DNA of 55,016 nt, taken from positions 53,300 through 108,315 of the forward strand of contig CAYPWJ010000002.1 in assembly GCA_964414415.1 (NCBI GenBank), given 5' to 3'. Under the pieces are notes generated by a model. That model had not been told where the DNA came from. It did not search any database and saw only the letters and a list, made by a program, of their open reading frames with translations. This DNA is from an uncultured Thermoplasmatales archaeon (lineage in GTDB: Archaea > Thermoplasmatota > E2 > UBA202 > DSCA01). This document shows, piece by piece, positions 46,525 to 55,016 of this stretch. Positions within the stretch are counted from its first letter, which is position 1, and every line of letters starts with the position of its first letter. Made by a program: the position numbers and the translations under genes.

Positions 46525-47637
46525 ATGCAGCTCTCACTCGTCAACATTCATCCGGCAGTCGGCAACAAGAAAAAAAACCTCAAAAAGATGCGGAGGACAC
46601 TCGACGACATCGATGCAGACATGACCGTCTTTCCGGAGCTCACCGCCACGGGCTACACCTGCCGCGACGAGTTCCGGGACCTGGCGGAGCCACTCGCCGG
46701 GCCGACGGTCCATGCGGTGCAGGAGATGGCCGACGGGCATGACACGGCCATCGTATACGGCATGCCGCTTGAAGAGCACACCGGCCTGATCCACAACGCG
46801 TCGCTCATCGTCCATCCGTCGGGCGAGGTGCAGGCATACCGCAAAGCGTTCCTGCCCACCTTCGGTCCCTTCGAGGAGCGTTTTTTCTTCACACCCGGCG
46901 GTGAGCTGCCAGTGTATGACACCCCGTATGGCAGGATAGGCATGTGCATCTGCTACGACCTGTTTTTCCCCGAGCTCGTCAAGGGCATGGCGTTGAAGGG
47001 CGCCGACATGATCATCTGCATCTCAGCGTCACCATCCATCAGCCGCGAGTACTTCGAGCAGGTGCTCCCCGCACGGGCTATCGAAGACACCGTCTTCATG
47101 GCCTACGCCAACCTGGTCGGCACGCAGGAAAACTTGGTGTTCTGGGGTGGCAGCCAGCTCTACAGCCCGAAGGGAGAGCTCCTTGGCAGGGCGGCCTACA
47201 ACGAGGAGGACACCGTCACCATCGACGTCGACCCTGACATGATAGCCGAGGCGCGCGCCGCCCGGCCGACGCTCCGTGACACCAGAGCCGAGCTGTTCGC
47301 CGACCTTCACCGCATCGCCAGGGCAGAGCCACTTCATCACGACTACGCGGCCATCGCGGTCAGGATGGGTCGCTACGCTGCAGCACGAATGAAGGTCGAA
47401 GCAGTCGAACTGCACGGTCCAGACGAGATGGTTGACGGTATCATGTACGCGGCGGCCTGCCCCCGGGATGACGTCTCCCTGCAGCAGGACGACGAGATCA
47501 GCGCCACGTTTTCGTCGGGTGGCGAGACGCTGACGGTGACGCTGCAGCCTGCCGTGCAGCAGCTCATCGAGCAGGGGATGGATCCGGCGATGCTTCGCTC
47601 CGTCGATGCAGAGGAACTCTTCGACGTCTCGGGGTGA
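46525..47637 (+). CDS. Carbon-nitrogen hydrolase (nitrilase superfamily) with a C-terminal extension of about 110 aa. Divergent from nadE.
   Basis: Catalytic triad context: VFPEL (Glu), ...KAFLP (Lys), IGMCICYDLFFPE (Cys). Extra C-terminal domain HHDYAAIAVRMG...MDPAMLRSVDAEELFDVSG. Confidence 0.75.
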   Translation: MQLSLVNIHPAVGNKKKNLKKMRRTLDDIDADMTVFPELTATGYTCRDEFRDLAEPLAGPTVHAVQEMADGHDTAIVYGMPLEEHTGLIHNASLIVHPSGEVQAYRKAFLPTFGPFEERFFFTPGGELPVYDTPYGRIGMCICYDLFFPELVKGMALKGADMIICISASPSISREYFEQVLPARAIEDTVFMAYANLVGTQENLVFWGGSQLYSPKGELLGRAAYNEEDTVTIDVDPDMIAEARAARPTLRDTRAELFADLHRIARAEPLHHDYAAIAVRMGRYAAARMKVEAVELHGPDEMVDGIMYAAACPRDDVSLQQDDEISATFSSGGETLTVTLQPAVQQLIEQGMDPAMLRSVDAEELFDVSG

Positions 47638-48539
47638 ACGCGGAAGCGAAAATTATAAGATATCCATCGCAATTACAGTACTGTATGGATTTCACCACGC
47701 TCACGATATTGGCGGTACTATCATTCATCCTGGCTTGGTTCGGCATAATGATTTTTACCACGGAGACCAAGGATGAAGACGATGAAGCGCAGCCCCCGCA
47801 GCAGCCCGCACAGCAGCCAGCCGGGCGGGAAAACGACGGCGAGGTAGAAAAGGTCGCCCACGTCGCTGGATCTCCACCGGCTGCCGAGGCGAGCGAAGAC
47901 GAGGTCGTGATGTACCAGAACATGGTCGAAAAATACCGGGGCATGGTGCAGCAACTGCGGCAGAAGGTTGAACGCCTCGAGCAGACCGGAAGCACATCCG
48001 GGATGTCCAACGACCAGCTCATCGACTGGATAGCGGATCTCCGCCGCGAGAACAAATACCTCAAAAACAAGCTGACGGAGCTCGAAAACGAGCCCGCGCC
48101 CGAGATAGCGACTGATGCATCATCGGACGCCATTTCCGAGCTCAAGCAGGAAAACGAGCACCTGCGGCAACGCCTCGAAAGCTACCGGGCGAGAGTCACC
48201 CAGCTCGAGGACGAGATAGAGGAACTCAAAAGCGACCTCCACTACTATCGGGACATGGTCAACAAGCTCCAGGGGAACTACACCGTCATCAACAAGTACA
48301 ACTACCGGGCCTGCATCCGCGACCCTGAGACGGGCGAGTTCCACTACGAGCTCGTCAAACTCCCACCCGACTTCGACCCCTTCAACCCCACCTACATCAG
48401 CCAGGACGGCACCGAGATATACGAGCAGTACGGCATAAAGATACCCACCAAGCTCGGCGACCTCGTCAGAAAAGAATTCAAAAAACGTGCCGCCGAGCCA
48501 TGGGAAGAAACTGAAGTCGACTGGAACGTCGGCCGGTAG
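47634..48539 (+). CDS. Membrane-anchored coiled-coil protein, function unknown (likely start is the Met at about 47685).
   Basis: TM segment FTTLTILAVLSFILAWFGIMIF, an acidic/Q-P-rich linker, a long heptad region (LRQKVERLEQ...LKNKLTELENE...LRQRLESYRARVTQLEDEIEELKSDL), and a C-terminal globular domain. Confidence 0.5.
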   Translation: MNAEAKIIRYPSQLQYCMDFTTLTILAVLSFILAWFGIMIFTTETKDEDDEAQPPQQPAQQPAGRENDGEVEKVAHVAGSPPAAEASEDEVVMYQNMVEKYRGMVQQLRQKVERLEQTGSTSGMSNDQLIDWIADLRRENKYLKNKLTELENEPAPEIATDASSDAISELKQENEHLRQRLESYRARVTQLEDEIEELKSDLHYYRDMVNKLQGNYTVINKYNYRACIRDPETGEFHYELVKLPPDFDPFNPTYISQDGTEIYEQYGIKIPTKLGDLVRKEFKKRAAEPWEETEVDWNVGR

Positions 48540-48547
48540 CGGTATCG

Positions 48548-49888
48548 ATGGAAAACTGGACCGAAAAATACCGACCCCGCCATCTCGACGACGTTGCAGG
48601 CAACGACAAAGCACTACGGCAGCTTCACAACTGGGCGCAAAACTGGCGACAGGGTCAGCCGGACCACAAGGCAGTTATCCTCTCCGGCAAAGCCGGCGTC
48701 GGAAAAACCTCTGCAGCGCATGCCCTCGCCAACGACCTCGGCTGGCAGACCATCGAGCTGAATGCATCTGATGCACGAAGCAAAGACGTCATCCGGCGCA
48801 TCGCGTTTTCCGGAGCGGTCAACGAAACATTCTCCAGCAACGGCGCATACCATCCATCCAGCGAGGGCGGCGCCACCCTTGTCATCATCGACGAGGCCGA
48901 CAACCTGTATGAAACGAAGGGCGACCGGGGCGGCACCGGCGCGATCATCGACACCATCCGGCAGTCCCGGCAGCCAGTCATCCTGATCGTCAACGACTAC
49001 TACCAGCTGACGCGAGGCGCAGGAAAGCCACTCAGGTCGCTGTGCCGACACATCAAGTTCACGCCCGTCGACCGCGGGATACGCGACGTACTGCAGCGCA
49101 TCTGCCGCGCCGAAAACGTGCAGGTCGACAGCGACGTCATCCGGTACATCGCCAGCCGCGCCGAGGGCGACGTCCGCGGCGCCGTCAACGACCTCCAGAC
49201 CATCTGCCAGGGACGGGGGCACGTCGACATGAGCGCCGTCGCCAGCATCGGTGACCGCAACCGCGAGCAACAGATTTTTTCCGGCCTCCGCCGCATCCTC
49301 AGAGCCCGCAGCATGCAGGACGCGACCGAGGCAGCCCGCGGCATCGACGAGGCCCCGCCGCAGATGATCCTCTGGATAGATGAAAACCTGCCCATCGAAT
49401 ACCAGAAACCCCGCGACCTGGCCCGTGCCTACCGGTATCTCGCCGCGGCAGACATGTTCCTCGGGCGGACCCACCGGCGGCAGCACTACGCCCTCTGGAA
49501 ATACGCCTGCAACCTCATGTTTGGCGGCGTGGCTGTCGCCAAGACACGACTCTACCGCGGCTACACCCGTTACGATTTCCCCTCCTGGCTCCGCAAGATG
49601 AGCGCGAGCAAGGCACAACGTGGCCGCCGTCGCCGCGTCACCGGCAAGATCGGCCGCCATACACACATGTCAGGCGAAAAAACCAGGGGCATCATCCCCT
49701 ACCTCGAGGCCATGCTCGCCCGCGACGAGGAACTCGCCGCCGTCCTCGCCAGGCGGCTTGACCTCACTGCTGACGACCTTACGCCGCTCGTCGGCAGCGC
49801 GACAGCCAAAACCATCATCAGCCAGGCCGAGGCGGGTGACATCCCGACGGGTAACGGCGACCGCCAGCAGAGCCTGTTCGACTACTGA
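48548..49888 (+). CDS. rfcL: Replication factor C large subunit (RfcL).
   Basis: WTEKYRP, Walker A ILSGKAGVGKTS, LVIIDEADNL (DEAD), sensor/arginine-finger regions. Confidence 0.9.
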   Translation: MENWTEKYRPRHLDDVAGNDKALRQLHNWAQNWRQGQPDHKAVILSGKAGVGKTSAAHALANDLGWQTIELNASDARSKDVIRRIAFSGAVNETFSSNGAYHPSSEGGATLVIIDEADNLYETKGDRGGTGAIIDTIRQSRQPVILIVNDYYQLTRGAGKPLRSLCRHIKFTPVDRGIRDVLQRICRAENVQVDSDVIRYIASRAEGDVRGAVNDLQTICQGRGHVDMSAVASIGDRNREQQIFSGLRRILRARSMQDATEAARGIDEAPPQMILWIDENLPIEYQKPRDLARAYRYLAAADMFLGRTHRRQHYALWKYACNLMFGGVAVAKTRLYRGYTRYDFPSWLRKMSASKAQRGRRRRVTGKIGRHTHMSGEKTRGIIPYLEAMLARDEELAAVLARRLDLTADDLTPLVGSATAKTIISQAEAGDIPTGNGDRQQSLFDY

Positions 49889-50073
49889 ACAGCTATCCTG
49901 CTCTCGTCGTTATCCCGGAGCTGTTTTGACCGATGTTTTACCTCGATGAAGGGCTCCTCTGCTCCCACATCGGGTTAACCGGGTGAGGCACTAGGTGGTA
50001 TCCGTCAGAACATGAAAACCTGATATCCAAATGTATTTAACTTTCGTTAATATTAGGGTAGCAGGGATTGACA

Positions 50074-53000
50074 ATGAGGGGCACAGCAGGCAGTAAGCAT
50101 GTAATGATAGGATTAGCTATAATAGCTGCTCTCATCCTCGTTTTTTGCTGGTCGCCATCAGCAGAGGCAAAGCCACACGAAATCAGCCTGACAATCGATG
50201 CGCCAGACGCAGTGAACGTCTGTGAACCGAGCTCCTATATATTTCACGTCAACAACACCGGCGACCAGCCGCTCAACAACCTCACGGCAAACGTCACCAT
50301 GCCCGCCGACTTCGAGTACATGAAGGGGAGCGCCGTCGTCAACTACAGCGGCGGAAACATAACACAGGAGCCCTCCATCCAGGGGCGCAACCTGAGCTGG
50401 GACCTCAGCAGCGTCGTGAACCCACTGGCGGTCAACGCCACCGTCAGCATACGGTTCAATCTTACCGCCCGCTGCGACGCAGCGAGCGACGTTCAACTGA
50501 CAGCTGCGGCCATATCCGACGAGACAACGGCCACAGCCACGTCATCATCTATCCTGGTAAACAGGGGCCTCATCTTGCTGGAAAAACTGCCGCAGAGCCA
50601 GGATGCATCCATCGGCGACATCGTCAACTTCACCGTCAACGTCACCAACGTCGGTACCGGACCCCTGTTCAACGTCACGGTCAACGACACCTTGGGTGAC
50701 GGCCTGTCACTTATCTCCACAAATGCATCCGACTGGCCGGAATGGCGGTACAGCCGCATCGAGGTCGATGAAACAAGGACCGTCAACGTCTCCGCCGAGG
50801 TCGACAGCTGCCAGGGGCTATACAACGACGTATACGCGACATGGGGATGCAATGGACAGATATGCCATACCACCTACGCTCAGGCCTCCATCAAACTGAT
50901 ATATCGGGAGCCACAGCTCACCTATACAGTTGAACCCAGCCCCATCTCGCTTCCCTACTGCGGCAGCACCCGTGTATATATCAACATGACCAACACAGGT
51001 GACGGCGGCGCCCACGACATCTACCTCGCCATGGAGGGAATGCCAGCGGCATATCCCGTCAGCGACGTCACAAACGCCACCTATTACCCCGGGAACACCA
51101 CCCTGTACGTGGGCACCCTTCAACCCCATTCAGCCAAAAACATCTCCTTCAACATGACGGTGCCCTACGGCACCTGCAACGGCCCGACCGGCGGCTCCAT
51201 CACATTCAACCCCCGATACAAGGACGAATGCGACAACACGTGGGCACCCCCTGTCAACTATATCTCATACACGCGAGAAACAGGTCCATCCATTTCCGCC
51301 AGCAAAACCGGCCCCGACCGGGTGCGACACGGAGAAAACATCACCTACACCATCACCGCCACCTACAACAAAAACGAGTGCAGCCTCGACAGCGTCACCA
51401 CCAACATCACCGACACCTACCCAGACGGCTTCACGATACAGGATGCAGCCGGCGGCACCATCAACGCCACCAACAACACAATCACATGGAAAAACGTGAC
51501 ACTCACCGACGGCACACCATGGACAGCAAATGTCTCCTTCACCAATGAGCACACCTGCGGCGACATCGTCACCAACACCGTCAACGTGGAAGAGACCCTC
51601 GACTGCTGCGGCTGCCCAATGGACGGGAGCGCAACCGCCAGCACCGCCAGCGTATGCGACGAAAACTACACCGGCGAGGAGCCGTTCACATGGAACAAGG
51701 AAGCATCCCACTACCTGCGAGAGAACTCCAACAACATCAGCTACTACAACAACATGACATTCCACTTGGAAGAAGCATCGTGGAGCGACATCTGGTTCAG
51801 AGAGCAGGGAAACAACGGACAGACTGCCCCCAATGGCTCCACCACTGTGAACGCTACATTCGTCATAAACGGCACTCTCTCAACCACCCGGAACATCACC
51901 CTCAACAGCTATACCTCGCTGGACTTTCTGGCTGGACTTGCTCCACTCGCCAACGGCACAAATCTCACCATCAGCTACAGCCTTCACCAGTGGAACACCG
52001 GAACGTTTTTCGCATGGTCAGACGTCAATATCACCGGCCATCCAAATCCCGCGTCGGACGACAACGCATATCACCAGGGACAATGGATAACAGTTGAACG
52101 AGCAGCCTATGGAATCGACATCGACATCCCGTCTATCGTCAACAGCTGCGGCATCTACCAGGCATCCATCAACCTCAACCACGGCAGCGACTGGGATGCC
52201 CACGACATGGTCATCGTGCTCAACGGCACAAACTACCGGTACGTCAACGGCACCGCCACGATAACGGGCCTCCAGTACAATAGTTCAAGCGGCTCCTACC
52301 AGCCGGTGCCGACGTTCGAACCCACGCGAAATGGCACCCGCTACATATGGAATCTGAGCTCATACGGCGAGATACGCTCCGACGGCACGATAACATTCAA
52401 CGTGTCAAAGTCCTGCGACCTTACCAAGCCCATCGGTGCCTCCCTCACCTACAGGGACAACTGCGAGAATGAATACAACAGCACAGCCAGCGACGAGCCG
52501 CGCCTCATCACAACAGGAGACATCTGCATCAGCAAATTCCCCGAAGAACAATTCGCCTACACGCGAGAGCTCAGCTGGCGTATCTGCGTCCCCAACAAGG
52601 GAAACGGCACCGCATACAATCTTACGGTTTCCGACATGATGGGAGAAGACCTCAGCTATGTCAACTCGACCATCGACGGCGAATGGGACCCCGCCAACAC
52701 CACCGTCGGCCCCAACGGGAGAAACATCACATGGGCCATCGGCAACGCCACCCCGAACCAAAAGGTAGTGATAGAGATAACCGCTAACTTGACGGGATGC
52801 GAAAACCTATCCAACGACGTGACCGCCAGCTGGGGATGCATCTACGGGGAAACCTGCCAAGAGGTCCACGACTCCGCCATTGTTTCCCTTGAAACAGGGC
52901 AGATACTCGTCACCAAGCACGACATCGACGACATCGATCCCTGCGGAGACGAAGCACAGGGCACCATCACCATCAAAAACGGCGGCGTTGACACGTATGA

Positions 53001-55016
53001 CGTCAACGTGACGGAGCAGCTGCCGGCAAACCTGACCTACATCCCCGGCACAGCAGCCGTCACCGGTGCAACGCCATCCTCGTTTACACAATCGGAAAAT
53101 AATCTCACCTGGCACTTCGACACCCTCCCACGTGGAACAGAGGTCACCATTACCTTCAATGTCACCACCATCAGCCCCTGTGCGACGTTCCCCGACCCTG
53201 CCAGTGCAACCGTGAACTACACGCTGCCCTGTACAGCCTACGGAGCCGAAGACACAGAAACCATTGAAATAGAGAAAACAAGCCCACATCTCTCCATTAC
53301 CAAGCAGCCAGCAATGACCATCGCCGAGCCCGGCGACGCCGTCAACTGGACCATAACCGTAACAAGCGACGGCGACTACGAAGCAAAGAACATCACAGTG
53401 CAGGACAGAATGCCAGCCAACGTCGCCTACCTGAACTCCACCATCGACGACGTCTGGGACCCCGACAACACAACGATAGCAGGGCAGAACATCACCTGGC
53501 ATCTCTCCAACATGACGGTAGGAGAGATCCATTACGTCAACATAACCGTAAACGTCACCGGTTGCACCGTCAACGACACCAACAATACCGCCACCGTCAC
53601 ATGGGGATGCTGTCCATATACAATGGAAACCAGCACAGACACAGCGAACCTGCGGACATCTCCCCGCATCAACGTTACCCAGACACACGGCGACATCATC
53701 CCCTGCGGCGGAAATTTTACCATCACCATACACAACAACGGCTCACGGGCCAACGTCACCACCATCGAGGACACCATACCTGTCGGCTACCTATACAAAA
53801 CCGGCTCCGCGACCATCACCAGCAGCAACAGCAGCAGAAGTTTCGCCGATTCGGAGCCAACTGATTACTCCTCTAGCAACCGGACGATTGTGTGGGACCA
53901 GAGTAACATCGACTACATCCACTATAACGAGACGATTACCATATACTTCGAAATCACCGACAACGGCACCGGCTGTGACGAAGACATTCCCTCATTTAAC
54001 AACATCACTTTCCACTACACAAATCCATGTGGACATACCTTTACCACCAACAGCAGCCAACCCATCGATCCACTCTATCCCGAGCTCACCGTCACCAAAA
54101 CCCCCTTCACCCAGGTGGTCAACCAAGAAGGAGACACAGCCACATGGCAGATATCCATCAGCAACACCGGAGATACCGCGGCACGAAACATCTCCATCGT
54201 CGACATCCTCGGCAGCGCATACCGCAACAGCAGCATCGTGGTAACCGAATACGGCGCCATTGATTTCGATGCAAAGATAGAAAACAACGTTATATCATGG
54301 AGCAACCAAACCATCACCACCACAGAGACATGGGAGCGAACCATCAACGCCACGATGGCTGCCGGCGGTGGGGGCAACAATACCCTCTGGGTGAACGGGA
54401 CATGCGATTCAGGATGCCAATATACCTCCGTTAACCTCACGACCTACACGGCACGCCACAACATCACCAAATTCCCCGACATGGAGCGAACCATCGGTGA
54501 ATACGCCAACTTCACCATCAACGCCACCTTCTGGGGCAACGGCGAACAATACGTCAACGCCACCATCAATGACACGCTGCCGTCGGGACTCAATTACGTT
54601 ACATCATCCGCCACCGATGACAAAGGTAACTCCTATGAGGCCAATCTTACCACTATCTCGGCCGGCGACGACACTATCTATTCATGGTACATCGGCAACT
54701 TCACCGGGCCGCGGAACATCACCATCAACGTCACCACCACTGTCGCCGATGTTGCCACAAACCAGAACGGTACATATCTCACCAACAATGCTACCATGCA
54801 TCACCAGGATGCCTGGGAAAATGACTATACGTCCCACAACGATTCCACGGTGCTCATCCGGGAGCCAGATCTCTCCATCGAGAAGCAGGCCGGTACAGCC
54901 GTTGTGCAGGCGGGTGACACTGTCACGTATACGATCTGGGTGAATCAGACGGCGGCGAGCACGTGGCCGGCGTATGACGTCTGGGTGAATGATACGATCC
55001 CGGACGGCTTGACTTA
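50074..55016 (+). CDS. Giant secreted surface protein (3'-truncated at window end, more than 1647 aa) built of DUF11/CARDB-like Ig-fold repeats with recurrent (S/T)WGC...C motifs. Heavily sequon-rich.
   Basis: Hand translation from ATG about 50074 is open to the window end. The ORF track omits it because there is no in-window stop. Signal peptide MRGTAGSKHVMIGLAIIAALILVFCWSPSAEA. Repeated blocks like GENITYTITATYN, GDAVNWTITVTSDGD, GDTATWQISISNTGD, GDTVTYTIWVNQT (DUF11-type x-Y-T-I-T-V-x-N-x-G). WGCNGQICHT / WGCIYGETCQE / WGCCPYTMET. Confidence 0.75.
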   Translation, partial: MRGTAGSKHVMIGLAIIAALILVFCWSPSAEAKPHEISLTIDAPDAVNVCEPSSYIFHVNNTGDQPLNNLTANVTMPADFEYMKGSAVVNYSGGNITQEPSIQGRNLSWDLSSVVNPLAVNATVSIRFNLTARCDAASDVQLTAAAISDETTATATSSSILVNRGLILLEKLPQSQDASIGDIVNFTVNVTNVGTGPLFNVTVNDTLGDGLSLISTNASDWPEWRYSRIEVDETRTVNVSAEVDSCQGLYNDVYATWGCNGQICHTTYAQASIKLIYREPQLTYTVEPSPISLPYCGSTRVYINMTNTGDGGAHDIYLAMEGMPAAYPVSDVTNATYYPGNTTLYVGTLQPHSAKNISFNMTVPYGTCNGPTGGSITFNPRYKDECDNTWAPPVNYISYTRETGPSISASKTGPDRVRHGENITYTITATYNKNECSLDSVTTNITDTYPDGFTIQDAAGGTINATNNTITWKNVTLTDGTPWTANVSFTNEHTCGDIVTNTVNVEETLDCCGCPMDGSATASTASVCDENYTGEEPFTWNKEASHYLRENSNNISYYNNMTFHLEEASWSDIWFREQGNNGQTAPNGSTTVNATFVINGTLSTTRNITLNSYTSLDFLAGLAPLANGTNLTISYSLHQWNTGTFFAWSDVNITGHPNPASDDNAYHQGQWITVERAAYGIDIDIPSIVNSCGIYQASINLNHGSDWDAHDMVIVLNGTNYRYVNGTATITGLQYNSSSGSYQPVPTFEPTRNGTRYIWNLSSYGEIRSDGTITFNVSKSCDLTKPIGASLTYRDNCENEYNSTASDEPRLITTGDICISKFPEEQFAYTRELSWRICVPNKGNGTAYNLTVSDMMGEDLSYVNSTIDGEWDPANTTVGPNGRNITWAIGNATPNQKVVIEITANLTGCENLSNDVTASWGCIYGETCQEVHDSAIVSLETGQILVTKHDIDDIDPCGDEAQGTITIKNGGVDTYDVNVTEQLPANLTYIPGTAAVTGATPSSFTQSENNLTWHFDTLPRGTEVTITFNVTTISPCATFPDPASATVNYTLPCTAYGAEDTETIEIEKTSPHLSITKQPAMTIAEPGDAVNWTITVTSDGDYEAKNITVQDRMPANVAYLNSTIDDVWDPDNTTIAGQNITWHLSNMTVGEIHYVNITVNVTGCTVNDTNNTATVTWGCCPYTMETSTDTANLRTSPRINVTQTHGDIIPCGGNFTITIHNNGSRANVTTIEDTIPVGYLYKTGSATITSSNSSRSFADSEPTDYSSSNRTIVWDQSNIDYIHYNETITIYFEITDNGTGCDEDIPSFNNITFHYTNPCGHTFTTNSSQPIDPLYPELTVTKTPFTQVVNQEGDTATWQISISNTGDTAARNISIVDILGSAYRNSSIVVTEYGAIDFDAKIENNVISWSNQTITTTETWERTINATMAAGGGGNNTLWVNGTCDSGCQYTSVNLTTYTARHNITKFPDMERTIGEYANFTINATFWGNGEQYVNATINDTLPSGLNYVTSSATDDKGNSYEANLTTISAGDDTIYSWYIGNFTGPRNITINVTTTVADVATNQNGTYLTNNATMHHQDAWENDYTSHNDSTVLIREPDLSIEKQAGTAVVQAGDTVTYTIWVNQTAASTWPAYDVWVNDTIPDGLT

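Noticed and set aside
1-55016. CRISPR arrays, IS elements/transposases, integrases, rRNA genes
   Set aside because: No regularly spaced short repeats, no transposase or integrase-like ORFs and no rRNA-like conserved stretches were seen. The repeats present are intragenic protein repeats or promoter-proximal short motifs.

Overview
High-GC archaeal window, most likely from a methanogen-type euryarchaeon. Evidence: archaeal primase PriS/PriL, RFC large subunit, the r-protein S13-S4-S11 plus RNAP subunit D cluster, archaeal pantoate kinase, and an F390-synthetase-family ligase. The 5' 13 kb holds a same-strand tandem array of three giant secreted right-handed beta-helix (PbH1/NosD-like) surface proteins. 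They are mosaic paralogs with sequon-rich repeats, a shared bipartite C-terminal module of about 170 aa (100% identical at DNA level over about 540 bp between paralogs 1 and 2), conserved TATA-region promoters, and pyrimidine-rich downstream tracts. Next comes a tightly overlapping operon: bacterial-type queA and tgt (queuosine insertion enzymes, unexpected in an archaeon) followed by a divergent OMP-decarboxylase-like and a degenerate PRTase-like gene. The middle of the window is housekeeping and accessory metabolism (NDH-II, aldehyde dehydrogenase, HD hydrolase coupled to a CitD-CitE fusion, SPFH protein, ECF-S/DUF4430 pair, acyl-CoA ligase, CoaBC and pantoate kinase, HutI-like amidohydrolase, THUMP-less ThiI, tRNA-Val and tRNA-Leu, PGI/PMI, F390-synthetase-like ligase, AhcY, Sir2). 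Then a replication cluster (GINS-like, PriL-PriS, RfcL), a split NadE / C-N hydrolase divergent pair, another large secreted C-terminally anchored protein, and at the 3' edge a giant DUF11/CARDB-like repeat adhesin (more than 1647 aa) that is missing from the ORF track because it has no in-window stop. CDS coordinates come from the ORF track and are reliable. Motif, repeat, promoter and tRNA coordinates were counted by hand and may be off by 1-2 nt. No CRISPR array, IS element or rRNA was seen.
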